Assembly (NCBI GenBank): GCA_963788925.1
Contig: CAWBIH010000002.1
Span: 664,115 to 728,114, forward strand
Direction of reading: 5' to 3'
Length of the DNA stretch: 64,000 nt
Source of the DNA: an uncultured Actinomycetota bacterium
GTDB taxonomy: Bacteria > Actinomycetota > UBA4738 > HRBIN12
Under the pieces are notes generated by a model. It was not told the origin of the DNA, did no database searches, and was given only the letters and a program-made list of their open reading frames with translations. The translations under genes were made by a program, and so were the position numbers. Below are positions 10,689 through 20,467 of this stretch, piece after piece (position 1 is the first letter of the stretch; each line of letters begins with the position of its first letter).

Positions 10689-11570
10689 ATGAAGCGCTTG
10701 ATCGCGATGGCGGCAAGCCTGGCCGCGCTCACCACCGCCTGCGCCGAGAGCGGCGCCCGGCCGCTCGGTCCCGCACCCGGCAACGGATCGGTATCAGCCT
10801 CATCGTCCCCCGGCGGATCCCCGACGACGTCGCTCAGCGAGTCACCCGATCCGACGAGATCGATGACCTACGAGCTCTGGTTCACCTACGACGGGTCCTT
10901 GTTCGTGACACATCGGACCGAGCCGTTCACGCCTAGGGGTCGGCGCCGGGCACTCGAGGCGCTGTTCGACGGGCCGACCGACGCAGAGCGCCACGCGGAT
11001 GTGTCGACCTCGATCAACCCGGGTACGCGTCTCCTCGACCTGACGATCGACGACGGTGTCGCCACGGTGGATCTGGATACCACGTTCACCGCGGAGGAGA
11101 CGTTGGCGAGTGTCGTCGACAGCCTCGCACAGGTCGTCTACACGCTCACCCAGTTCGATTCGGTGAAGGGTGTCGTGTTCGAGGTCGAAGGCAGTCCGCT
11201 CTTCGAGTATTTCGGCAGCCACGAGGTGGATGGCCTCCAACGACGGGCGGACTTCGCCGATCAGCTGCCGTTCATCCTGGTCGAGAGTCCTGGGATCGGC
11301 GAGCGCGTCTCGAGTCCGGTGACGATCGCGGGCACAGCGAACGTGTTCGAGGCGGTCGTGTCGATCGCGATCCTTGACGAGCATGGACGCACCGTTGCCT
11401 CCACGTTCACGATGGCGACCTGCGGGACCGGGTGCCGCGGTTCGTACGCCACCGATGTCCGGTACCATGTAAGTACTCGTCAGCCGGGAACGATCCGCGT
11501 CTACGAGGTAAGCGCGAAGGACGGCTCACCGCTCCATGTTGTGGAGATTCCGGTGACTTTGACGCCGTGA
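10689..11570 (+). CDS. Lipoprotein with GerMN and Gmad2 Ig-like domains
   Basis: Lipobox LTTAC; ALEALFDGPT, DGVATVDL, LAQVVYTLTQF; GTANVFEA..., ATCGTGCRG. Confidence 0.88.
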   Translation: MKRLIAMAASLAALTTACAESGARPLGPAPGNGSVSASSSPGGSPTTSLSESPDPTRSMTYELWFTYDGSLFVTHRTEPFTPRGRRRALEALFDGPTDAERHADVSTSINPGTRLLDLTIDDGVATVDLDTTFTAEETLASVVDSLAQVVYTLTQFDSVKGVVFEVEGSPLFEYFGSHEVDGLQRRADFADQLPFILVESPGIGERVSSPVTIAGTANVFEAVVSIAILDEHGRTVASTFTMATCGTGCRGSYATDVRYHVSTRQPGTIRVYEVSAKDGSPLHVVEIPVTLTP

Positions 11571-11651
11571 CGCGTAAGGGTTCTGTCCCGATGGGTATCT
11601 CTTCGTCAGGACCGGAAGTTCCGACCGATCAGAGACGAGGAGTTCATCGAG

Positions 11652-12692
11652 ATGAAGATCGCCATCATCGCGCCGCCATGGGTCCCCGTGCCCCCGCCTG
11701 CCTACGGCGGGACCGAGGCCGTCCTCGACACACTTGCCCGAGGTTTGCAGGACACGGGCCACGAGATCCTCTTGTATTCGACCGGTGATAGCACCTGCGA
11801 GGTGCCCGGAGCGTTCACGTTCGAGAATGCGCTCGGGACCGTCTCGACAGGTTCCGCATCGGAGCTCTGCCACGTCGTCGAAGCCTATGAGCGGCTTCGC
11901 GAGTGGGGACCGGACATGATCCACGATCACACGTTGATCGGACCGGTGTACGCCGAGCGGTTCGGCATGCCGGTCGTCACGACGAACCATGGTCCGTTCA
12001 ACGGGGAGCTCGGCCCGCTATACCGGGTGATCGCGCGTACCGTGCCGCTCATCGCCATCTCGCATCACCACGCCGACTCCGCGCACGGCACACCGATCGC
12101 GGCGGTGATCCATCATGGCATCGACGCTGATGCCCATCCGATGGGCGGGGGCGGGGGCGGCTACGCCCTGTTCCTCGGCCGGATGAGTCCCGACAAGGGT
12201 GTGCACACGGCGGCCCAGGTGGCCCGAGACGCAGGGATGCCGCTCCGCATCGCGGCCAAGATGCGGGAGCCCGCCGAGCGCGCGTACTTCCGCGAGCAGG
12301 TCGAGCCGCTCCTGGGGAACGGGATCGAGTACGTGGGCGAGGTCGCCGGGCCCGCCAAGCTCGAGCTGCTGCGCGACGCGGTCTGCCTCCTGAATCCGAT
12401 CGACTGGGACGAGCCCTTCGGGATGGTGATGATCGAGGCGATGGCCTGCGGGACCCCGATCGTTGCGACGCCGCGCGGCTCCACGCCCGAGCTGATCGAC
12501 GAGGGTGTGACCGGGTTCGTCCGAGGCTCGTTCGACGGGCTGGTCGGAGCCGTCGCGAAAGCCGGCTCGCTCGACCGGACGCGCGTACGGGAGGTCGCTG
12601 AGGATCGCTTCTCGGCCGAGCGTATGGTCGCCCGGCATCTCCAGCTGTACGGTCGCGTGATCGCCGACCATAGCCCCCGTCGCGCTGCCTGA
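11652..12692 (+). CDS. Glycosyltransferase family 4
   Basis: VPPPAYGGTE, LFLGRMSPDKG, WDEPFGMVMIEAMACGTP. Confidence 0.95.
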   Translation: MKIAIIAPPWVPVPPPAYGGTEAVLDTLARGLQDTGHEILLYSTGDSTCEVPGAFTFENALGTVSTGSASELCHVVEAYERLREWGPDMIHDHTLIGPVYAERFGMPVVTTNHGPFNGELGPLYRVIARTVPLIAISHHHADSAHGTPIAAVIHHGIDADAHPMGGGGGGYALFLGRMSPDKGVHTAAQVARDAGMPLRIAAKMREPAERAYFREQVEPLLGNGIEYVGEVAGPAKLELLRDAVCLLNPIDWDEPFGMVMIEAMACGTPIVATPRGSTPELIDEGVTGFVRGSFDGLVGAVAKAGSLDRTRVREVAEDRFSAERMVARHLQLYGRVIADHSPRRAA

Positions 12693-12698
12693 GGTTTC

Positions 12699-14840
12699 GT
12701 GAGGCCTCCGCCCGACCTCGCCGACGCTCGGTGGGGCGGCGTCGTCCGCGACGTCGAGCCGGACGCCTTCGACGAGAGCCAGCCGGTTCCCGCGACCACC
12801 GTGACGCTCGTCGAAGGGGCGAGCTTCACGATCTGTGGTCCGGACGGGGGGATCGACGGGGGCGGTGTGGCCGGCCTGTTCGTCGGCGACACGCGGATCT
12901 GCTCGCGGATGGTCCTCTGGATCGATGGGGGCGGCGTCGAGCCGCTCTCCCTCGCCACGCGCTCGCCCTCATCCGCTTCATTCGTCGGCCGCACCTTCGA
13001 CAAGAAGCTCCTCGTGTTCCGCGACCTCTGGGTCGGACAGGGGATGCGGCTCGATCTGCGGGTCCGCAACCTCGCCCGTGAGTCACGTCACGCAACCATC
13101 CGGATCGTCTTCGAAGCCGACATGGCCGAGCTGTTCGCGGTCAAGAAGGGCGTGGCTCTCCCGGTGCAGACGCCGTGTGAGGCCGACGGGAGCGAGCTCC
13201 GGTTCCCGGGCGACGGGAGGCGTCGGGGACTCATCGTCCACGCGCCGGAGGGTGCACAGACGGAGGATGCCGGCGCGATCGCGTGGCAGGTCGAGATCGC
13301 CCCCAGAGAGACATGGGAAGCATGCGTCGAGCTCCGGGCACTGCGTGGTGGTGAGGAGGTCGTCCCCACCCACCCCTGCGGCCAACCGTCCGATCCGGTG
13401 CCCACGAGCAGCGGGCGCGCTGGATGGCGAAGCGAACTGCCGGATCTCGCTTCCGACGTTCCCGGCCTCCCTCGCGCGTTCGTCCGGACCGGCGAGGATC
13501 TGGATGCGCTGCGACTCGTCGATCCGGAGCATCCCGAGGACCTGCTCGTCGCGGCGGGAGCTCCCTGGTACATGACGCTGTTCGGTCGGGACTCGATCCT
13601 GACGTCCTGGATGGCGTTGCTGCTCGATCCGAACCTGGCGTTGGGCACCGCACGCAGCCTCGCCCGCATGCAAGGCGTCCGCGACGTGCCGGAGACCGAC
13701 GAGCAGCCGGGGAGGATCCTGCACGAGGTGCGGTTCTCGCGAGGCCCGTCACTCGCCCTCGCCGACGGCGACATCTATTACGGGTCGACGGATGCCACGC
13801 CGTTGTTCGTGATGCTCGTTCATGAGCTGTGGCGATGGGGCGCGCCGATCGAGGAGATCCATGCGCTCCGACCTGCCGTCGAGGCGGCGCTCGCATGGCT
13901 GGAGGGTCCCGGCGATGTCGACGGCGACGGCTATGTCGAATACGTACCTGCGGGGCCCGGATCGCTCGGGAACCAGGGATGGAAGGACTCCCACGACGCG
14001 GTGAGCTTCGCCGACGGGAGACTCGCGGAGCCCCCGATCGCGATGGCGGAAGTGCAGGCGTACACGTACGCGGCGTGGCGGGCCGCCGCCGCGCTCGCAG
14101 CAGCCGACGGGGACGAGGGAGCGGCGGCGGCCCGGAACGGCCGAGCCGACGACCTGCAGGCTCGCTTCGAACAGGACTTCTGGCTCCCGGACCGGCAGGC
14201 GTTCGCGCTCGCGCTCGACCGCGAGAAGCGCCCCGTCGACGCGATCGCCTCCAACATGGGCCATTGCCTGTGGGCCGGGATCGTGGCCGACCCCGACAAG
14301 GCAGCTGCCGTCGCCCGATGGCTGGTGTCGCCGGAGCTGTTCACCGGGTGGGGGGTTCGCACGCTTGCCACCTCGATGGCTCGCTTCAGCCCGCTCAGCT
14401 ACCACAACGGCTCGGTCTGGCCGCACGACACGGCGATCTGCGTGGCCGGACTCCGCCGCTACGGGTTCATCGAGGAGGCCTACCGCATCGCGAGCGGCCT
14501 CCTCCCCGCCGCAGAGATCCTCGATGGACGCCTGCCGGAGCTCTTCGCCGGCCTGACGAGCGACGAGATGCCGGTGCCGGTGCGCTATCCGACCTCGTGC
14601 TCGCCGCAAGCCTGGGCGTCGGCCGCCCCCTTGCTTGTGGTCCGGGCCTTGCTCGGGCTCGAGCCCGACGTCCCGGACGGGCGGATCGAGCTCGATCCGG
14701 TGCTGCCCCAGGGCGCTACCAGTCTGAGCGTTGCCGACCTGCCGCTCGCCGGGACGCGGGTCACGATCGAGGTCGACCGTGACGCCGTCGCGGTACGGGG
14801 GTTGCCGCCCGGGCTCGCGTTGATCCGACGCGCACCGTAG
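12699..14840 (+). CDS. Amylo-alpha-1,6-glucosidase / glycogen-debranching-like (alpha/alpha)6 glycosidase
   Basis: AAGAPWYMTLFGRDS, EQPGRILHE, YYGSTDATPLF, NQGWKDS, SYHNGSVWPHD, PQAWA. Confidence 0.92.
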   Translation: MRPPPDLADARWGGVVRDVEPDAFDESQPVPATTVTLVEGASFTICGPDGGIDGGGVAGLFVGDTRICSRMVLWIDGGGVEPLSLATRSPSSASFVGRTFDKKLLVFRDLWVGQGMRLDLRVRNLARESRHATIRIVFEADMAELFAVKKGVALPVQTPCEADGSELRFPGDGRRRGLIVHAPEGAQTEDAGAIAWQVEIAPRETWEACVELRALRGGEEVVPTHPCGQPSDPVPTSSGRAGWRSELPDLASDVPGLPRAFVRTGEDLDALRLVDPEHPEDLLVAAGAPWYMTLFGRDSILTSWMALLLDPNLALGTARSLARMQGVRDVPETDEQPGRILHEVRFSRGPSLALADGDIYYGSTDATPLFVMLVHELWRWGAPIEEIHALRPAVEAALAWLEGPGDVDGDGYVEYVPAGPGSLGNQGWKDSHDAVSFADGRLAEPPIAMAEVQAYTYAAWRAAAALAAADGDEGAAAARNGRADDLQARFEQDFWLPDRQAFALALDREKRPVDAIASNMGHCLWAGIVADPDKAAAVARWLVSPELFTGWGVRTLATSMARFSPLSYHNGSVWPHDTAICVAGLRRYGFIEEAYRIASGLLPAAEILDGRLPELFAGLTSDEMPVPVRYPTSCSPQAWASAAPLLVVRALLGLEPDVPDGRIELDPVLPQGATSLSVADLPLAGTRVTIEVDRDAVAVRGLPPGLALIRRAP

Positions 14841-14996
14841 CCGCCCGACGAACCGGGCACCCCTCTGACCTGCAGAGTTGACTGGATGTGATAACAGGAG
14901 CAGGGTTCGAGATAAGGATGTGGTCGTCGGAGCGAAGGCTGGCCGACCTCTCCTTGGAGAGCCCGGAAGCCCTCGCATGACCGAGGGGGTTGCATC

Positions 14997-16358
14997 ATGA
15001 AGCACGCCACCAGAGCCCTGCTCGTTTGTCTGTGCACCGCCTTGATCTCGCCGGGTGTAGCCGCGAGTCGATCCCAAGCGATGCACTCTGATCCTCTCGT
15101 GTCGAGTGGGAATGCGGTCGTCGTCTGGAACGCGAATGCGGGCAAGGCGGCTGTGGCGACGGGCATATCTCCCGGGGGCAACCCGTTCCACGAGTCAAGG
15201 CTCTACGCCACGATGCACATCGCGATCCACGATGCGCTGAACGCGATCGACCGGCGCTACCGGCCCTACATCGAAGGTCTTCACGCGGAACGAGGCGCGA
15301 ATCCCAGGGCCGCGGTGGCAGCCGCCGCCCGCGATGTGCTGGTCACGCTCCTCGCGCAACTCCCCCTCGTCCCGCAGGCAGGGATCGACTTGGCTGTCGG
15401 CGGTGTCGAGGCGGACTACGCGGCGGCCCTCAGCTCCATCCCGAACGGTTCGGGCAAGGCGAGAGGGATCGCCGTGGGACAGGCGGCCGCTGCCGCTGCC
15501 CTCGCCGCGCGAGCCGCGGACGGCTCCGACCAGAACATGGTGGACACCGGCTATATCGAGGGAACGGATTCGGGCGAGTACCGATTCACGCCTCCCTTCA
15601 ACTTCGCGTTCGCGACGGGATGGGGAGACGTGACCCCGTGGGTGCTGAGAGACAGCGAACAATTCCGTCCCGGACCGCCCGACCCCGTCACCTCGAACGC
15701 GTACACGGCGGACTTCAATGAGGTCAAGCGGCTCGGCGGCGACGACATCACGACGCCCAGCGCTCGTACGGCCGAGCAAACGGAGATCGCTCTCTTCTGG
15801 GTGGAGAGCTCCCCGCTGATGTGGAATCGCATCGCGAGGACGGTCTCCACGCAGAGAGGCATCGGGCTCTGGAAGGCCGCGCGCGTGTTCGGGCTCCTCA
15901 ACATGGCACTCGCGGACGGATACGTCGGCACCATCGACACCAAGTACCACTACAACTACTGGCGACCGATCACCGCGATCCAGAATGCGGGCACCGATGG
16001 CAATCCGAACACCAGCGGCGACCCGACGTGGGCTCCGTTGGTGACGACGCCTCCCATCCCGGACTATGACTCCGGACACAGTGTCGAAGGCGGTGTGGGA
16101 GGGCAGGTCCTGAGGCGCCTCTTCGGGAGCGAGGTCGGCTTCTGGGCATGCAGCATGACGCTGCCTGCCGGGAGCACGTGCGTCGATCCGTCGCCGGTGT
16201 TCCGCCGGTTCTCGAGCTTCTTCCAAGCGATGCGCGAGAACGGGAGGTCGCGCATCCTCGTGGGATTCCACTTCAGGAAGGCCGTCGAAGAAGGGATCGA
16301 ACACGGTCGCAAGATCGGGAACCGCGCGGTCGACCGGTTCCTCCAGCGCGTGGACTGA
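14997..16358 (+). CDS. Secreted vanadium-dependent haloperoxidase / PAP2 superfamily protein
   Basis: Signal peptide; K-x6-RP (KYHYNYWRP), SGH (PDYDSGH), R-x5-H (SRILVGFHF). Confidence 0.88.
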   Translation: MKHATRALLVCLCTALISPGVAASRSQAMHSDPLVSSGNAVVVWNANAGKAAVATGISPGGNPFHESRLYATMHIAIHDALNAIDRRYRPYIEGLHAERGANPRAAVAAAARDVLVTLLAQLPLVPQAGIDLAVGGVEADYAAALSSIPNGSGKARGIAVGQAAAAAALAARAADGSDQNMVDTGYIEGTDSGEYRFTPPFNFAFATGWGDVTPWVLRDSEQFRPGPPDPVTSNAYTADFNEVKRLGGDDITTPSARTAEQTEIALFWVESSPLMWNRIARTVSTQRGIGLWKAARVFGLLNMALADGYVGTIDTKYHYNYWRPITAIQNAGTDGNPNTSGDPTWAPLVTTPPIPDYDSGHSVEGGVGGQVLRRLFGSEVGFWACSMTLPAGSTCVDPSPVFRRFSSFFQAMRENGRSRILVGFHFRKAVEEGIEHGRKIGNRAVDRFLQRVD

Positions 16359-16376
16359 GGGCGCCGTACGGCCATC

Positions 16377-16391
16377 GAGCCGAATCGGCTC
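16377..16391 (+). terminator. Short hairpin GAGCCG-AAT-CGGCTC after the haloperoxidase gene
   Basis: Perfect 6-bp inverted repeat 18 nt after the stop; no U tract. Confidence 0.35.
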
Positions 16392-16709
16392 CTGCCGTCG
16401 ACGATCGGAGAGGCGCAGGTGACCGGCTGAAGCTGCGCGTTCACCCCTCCCCCAACCCTTCGCGTAACTGACCGGACCCGTTCTTCGGATCAACCGGCTC
16501 CCGAATCCCCCGAGGCTGACCCGGAACCCCCCGGCTTGGGGATAGCTCCATGTCGGACCTCCGCGCTACGGTGTGCTTCGTTCGAACGGCGAGCCTCCTC
16601 CGCCGGACGACACCCCTCAACCCCCTCGTGTTGGTGCGCGCTTCCCCGCGAGTGTTCGGAGGAAACGGATGAACCATGGAGGGCGAGTCTCGCTCGTGTT
16701 CGCCGCGGG

Positions 16710-17974
16710 ATGAGCACGGATCCCCTCGCCAGAGTGCGACGCGAGCTTCGTGCGCAGCTCCGTGAGCGAGTGGACGCGCGCGGACTCTCGGCCGCCCCGC
16801 GCACGGAACGGCGCCTGCGTGTGCGTGAAGAGGCGCTGACCCTGATGCGCGAGAGCGGGGCGTTGCTTCCGCAGCGAGACCTCGCGCGCGTGGTCAACGA
16901 GGTTTCCGACGAGGTCGTCGGGTTCGGACCGATCGAGTTCCTGCTGAAGGATCCCGACGTGACCGAAGTGATGGTCAATGGACCTGACGACGTGTACGTG
17001 GAGCGGGAGGGGCGGATCGAAAGGGTGGAGGACCGGCTGTTTGAGGGGGAGGAGTCGGTTCTGCATCTGATCGAGCGCATCGTGGGTCCCCTGGGCCTTC
17101 GGGTCGACCAGGCGTCACCTTGGGTGGACGCGCGACTTCCGGGGGAAGCAGGGTTCACGCGATCGTTCCGCCCCTTTCGCTCCGCGGCCCGGTGCTCACG
17201 ATCCGTACCTTCGCTCCCGTGCCGCTGACCGGCGAGGACATCGTGCGCCAGGGCAGCATCGGGCCGCGAGGCATCCGGTTCCTCTCATCGTGCGTGCGCG
17301 GACGTGCGAATCTGGTGGTGAGCGGCGGAGCCGGCAGCGGCAAGACGACCCTCCTCGGCATCCTGTCGGCGTTCATCCCCGATGACGAACGACTGATCAC
17401 GATCGAGGATGCAGCCGAACTTCGCTTGAACAGATCTCACGTCGTGGCTCTCGAGGCCCGACCGCCCAACGTCGAGGGGCGAGGACAAGTCACCGTTCGG
17501 GACCTGGTGAGGAACGCCCTTCGGATGCGCCCCGACCGGATCATCGTGGGCGAGGTGCGCGGTGGTGAGGCGCTGGACATGCTCCAGGCGATGAACACCG
17601 GGCACGACGGCTCCCTTTCGACGGCCCATGCGAACTCGTGCAGGCATCTGCTGTGGCGACTGGAAACGATGGCGATGATGTCCGACGTCGAGCTGCCCGC
17701 CGCGCACATCCGGAACCAGGTGGCCTCGGCGATCGACGTCGTGGTGCAGCTCGCCCGTCTCCGCGGCGGCCGCCGGGTCGTGTGGGAGATCGCGGCGGTC
17801 GAAGGCACGCATCGCGGAGAGCCTGTCGTGTCACCTCTCTACCGATTCCGAGGAAGTGACGGAGACGATGGCGCATTCGAGGCAACCGGATCGGTGCCGC
17901 GGGTTGCCGACGTCCTTGCCGATCGCGGCGAGGACGTCGGTGACTGGCTCTTCGAAGAAGGTCCAGACCGATGA
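16710..17974 (+). CDS. tadA: Tad pilus assembly ATPase CpaF/TadA, frameshift near 17145
   Basis: VTEVMVNG, PWVDARL, SGGAGSGKTT, TIEDAAEL, LRMRPDRIIVGEVRG, AMNTGH. Confidence 0.93.
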
Positions 17975-18771
17975 TCGGGCTTGCCTCCGGCCTGCTGGCG
18001 ATCGCCGGACTCTTCGCGGGGCGCGCGGTCGCGATCGCGCATGCCGATGTGGTGGCGACGAGGTTGGGGGTCGAGCGGCACGAGCCGCCGGCTCTCTCGC
18101 CGTCATGGAACCTCGTATGGCCGCCGATCCTCCTCATCGCCTCTGTGGCGACCGGGCCGGTGGTCGCCCTCGGTGGTCTCGCAGGCGCCGCTTCGATCCG
18201 CCACCTCGTTCGCCGACGCCGGCGCACGAGGGAGCGCCATCGCGCCGCCGAACAGATCGCCGATGCGGTCGGCGCGCTGTCCGCGGGACTCAGGGCAGGT
18301 CTGTCTCTCTCGCAGTCGTTCGCGTACGCGCGAGACGAAGCCAACGAGCCGCTCAGGAGCGACCTCGCGGGAATGGTCGGCAAGATCGACGTTGGCACGC
18401 CCGTCGGAGAAGCGCTCTCCGACTGGGCGGACGCGCAAGGCTCCGAGGACGCACTCTTGATCGTGGGTGTCTTGGATCTTCATCGTCGCAGTGGCGGCGA
18501 TCTTCCGACCGTGCTCGACAGTCTCGCGGGGACGTTGCGGGAGCGCCGTGCGGCTTTCCGCGACGTGCGCGCCCTCACGGCCCAAGCCCGTCTGTCGGGC
18601 GTGATCCTCGGGATGCTTCCGATCGGGTTCTTCGGCTTCCTCCTGCTGACCTCCCGACGGGAGATGCTCCAGGCGATCGCCACTCCGCTCGGAGGAACGG
18701 CGCTGGGCATCGGCCTTGGGCTGGAGCTGTTGGCATTCCTGTGGATCCGCCACTTGCTGGAGGTCCGGTGA
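17971..18771 (+). CDS. tadB: Tad pilus membrane protein TadB (T2SSF domain)
   Basis: LRAGLSL, RSGGDL, LTAQARLS; position after tadA. Confidence 0.88.
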   Translation: MIGLASGLLAIAGLFAGRAVAIAHADVVATRLGVERHEPPALSPSWNLVWPPILLIASVATGPVVALGGLAGAASIRHLVRRRRRTRERHRAAEQIADAVGALSAGLRAGLSLSQSFAYARDEANEPLRSDLAGMVGKIDVGTPVGEALSDWADAQGSEDALLIVGVLDLHRRSGGDLPTVLDSLAGTLRERRAAFRDVRALTAQARLSGVILGMLPIGFFGFLLLTSRREMLQAIATPLGGTALGIGLGLELLAFLWIRHLLEVR

Positions 18772-19475
18772 TCGAGCCACTGGTCGCGGAGTCCCTCACC
18801 GCGGTCGCCGTCGGTTGCGGGGCCGCCGGTGTCGCGCTCGCCGTGCCCAAGCGACAGATCTCTCGGAGGTGGACCCGGCGTGTTGACGCCCGACACCTGC
18901 GGGTCGCGGCCAGTGTGGCGATCGGGGCGATGGTGCCCGGCCCGAAGCTGCTGACGGTACCGTTGGCTGTTCTCCTCGGCGATCGGGTCCAACGGTTCGG
19001 AGTCGCGCGAACCGACGCCCGCCGCCGTCGCGCGATGGACGCCGAGATCCCCCAACTGCTCGATCTGCTCGCCGCGGGATCCGCTGCGGGGCTTTCGGCC
19101 GTGGTCGGGCTTCAGCGATCCGTGTCGGTCCTGCGAGGTCCCCTCGGTTCGGAGTTGAGGGCATCCCTCGATGCCGTGGACCTCGGCGCTCGCTGGCGGG
19201 AGGAGCTCGCGACGGTTACCGAGCGTCTCGCGCTCCCTGACCTCCGACGGGCGGTCGCCGTGCTGACGCGAACGGAGACGCTCGGTAGCTCGCTCACGGA
19301 GGCGACGCGGGAGCTTGCCGCCGACGTTCGGGGATCCCGGCGGGCCGCCGTCGCGGAACGAGCTCGTGCCGCGCCCGTGAAGATGCTCTTCCCACTGGTC
19401 TTCCTGGTCCTCCCCGCATTCCTCCTCCTCACGGTGGTCCCGGTCCTGCTGACCACCGTGCAGTCCATCCGCTGA
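18768..19475 (+). CDS. tadC: Tad pilus membrane protein TadC
   Basis: GTGA overlap with tadB; LDLLAAGSAAGLS, APVKMLFPLVFLVLPA. Confidence 0.88.
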   Translation: MIEPLVAESLTAVAVGCGAAGVALAVPKRQISRRWTRRVDARHLRVAASVAIGAMVPGPKLLTVPLAVLLGDRVQRFGVARTDARRRRAMDAEIPQLLDLLAAGSAAGLSAVVGLQRSVSVLRGPLGSELRASLDAVDLGARWREELATVTERLALPDLRRAVAVLTRTETLGSSLTEATRELAADVRGSRRAAVAERARAAPVKMLFPLVFLVLPAFLLLTVVPVLLTTVQSIR

Positions 19476-19489
19476 GAGGAGGTGAACCG

Positions 19490-19702
19490 ATGCTCTTCCT
19501 GTACGCCCTGTTCCTGCGCACCGTCGACACCCTCCGGCTCCGGAGAGAGGAAGGTCAGACGACCGCCGAGTACGCGCTCGTGATCCTCGCCGCGGCTGCC
19601 GTTGCCGTGGTTCTGATCGCGTGGGCTCGTTCGTCCGGCAAGCTGCCGGCGTTCTTCGACGGCGTGATCGACAGCGTGATCGGCGATGCGAACGCGGCCT
19701 GA
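19490..19702 (+). CDS. Flp family type IVb pilin (DUF4244-like)
   Basis: EEG/QTTAEYALV prepilin motif followed by a hydrophobic helix; strong SD. Confidence 0.9.
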   Translation: MLFLYALFLRTVDTLRLRREEGQTTAEYALVILAAAAVAVVLIAWARSSGKLPAFFDGVIDSVIGDANAA

Positions 19703-20084
19703 CATCTCTCGGTCCGAACGAGGCACGGCGGCGGTCGAATTCGCTCTTGTGCTGCCGCTTGTGTTGGTGGTGGCGCTCGCGCTCGTGCAGACGGGGCTGC
19801 TCGTCCGCGATCGGTTGCTCGTGGAGGCGGCGGCGCGCGCTGGCGCGCGCGCCGCCGCCGTCCAGGAGGATCCTGCGTCGATCCGATCGGCTGCTCTGGC
19901 CGCCGCGCCGTCGCTCGACGAAGGCGCCGTCGATCTCGCCGTCACCCGTGACGGCACTCGAGGAGAGCCGGTGACCGTGTCGCTGCGATACGTGGCCTCG
20001 ATCCGCGTGCCGTTCGTCGACTGGCTGTTCGGCGATTCGGTCGGGATGACGACCACCACCGCGGCTCGGCAGGAATTCGGATGA
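19686..20084 (+). CDS. TadE-like minor pilin
   Basis: ERG/TAAVEFALVLP, AARAGARAAA. Confidence 0.9.
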   Translation: MRTRPDISRSERGTAAVEFALVLPLVLVVALALVQTGLLVRDRLLVEAAARAGARAAAVQEDPASIRSAALAAAPSLDEGAVDLAVTRDGTRGEPVTVSLRYVASIRVPFVDWLFGDSVGMTTTTAARQEFG

Positions 20085-20464
20085 GACCCGGGCCTCGGGT
20101 CAGAGATGAACGGGGGAGCGTCTCCGTCGTGGTAGCCGCCGCCGTCGGGATGGCGCTCGTCGTGACGATGGGTGCCGCCGATGTCGGTCGGGCGCTGATC
20201 GCGCGATCGCGCGCCGAGGCCGCGGCCGATCTCGCCGCCCTCGCCGCCGCACAGGAGCTGGCCTTCCCTTCGGGTGTCGATCCGGAAGGGTTCGCCGCGG
20301 ACTACGCCGTCCGGAACGGCGCCCGGCTCTTGTCCTGCTCTTGCGCCGAGGGGACGTCCGAGGCGATCGTCCGGGTAGCGGTTCGTGTCGGAGGGTTCCT
20401 CCTGCCACTGGCCGATCGCGACGTCATCGGGACCGCTCGTGCAGTCGTCGATCTGCCTGAGTAG
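20081..20464 (+). CDS. Rv3654c-family TadE/TadG-like pseudopilin
   Basis: DERG/SVSV, AEAAADLAALAAA, NGARLLSC. Confidence 0.85.
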   Translation: MRPGPRVRDERGSVSVVVAAAVGMALVVTMGAADVGRALIARSRAEAAADLAALAAAQELAFPSGVDPEGFAADYAVRNGARLLSCSCAEGTSEAIVRVAVRVGGFLLPLADRDVIGTARAVVDLPE

Positions 20465-20467
20465 CGG

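Noticed and set aside
16378-16530. Partial resemblance to the c-di-AMP (ydaO) riboswitch (GCCGAATC; CCCGAATCC...GCTGACCCGG)
   Set aside because: The central GGGGAAC, GGGGTGAAT and GTAGG elements are absent on that strand.
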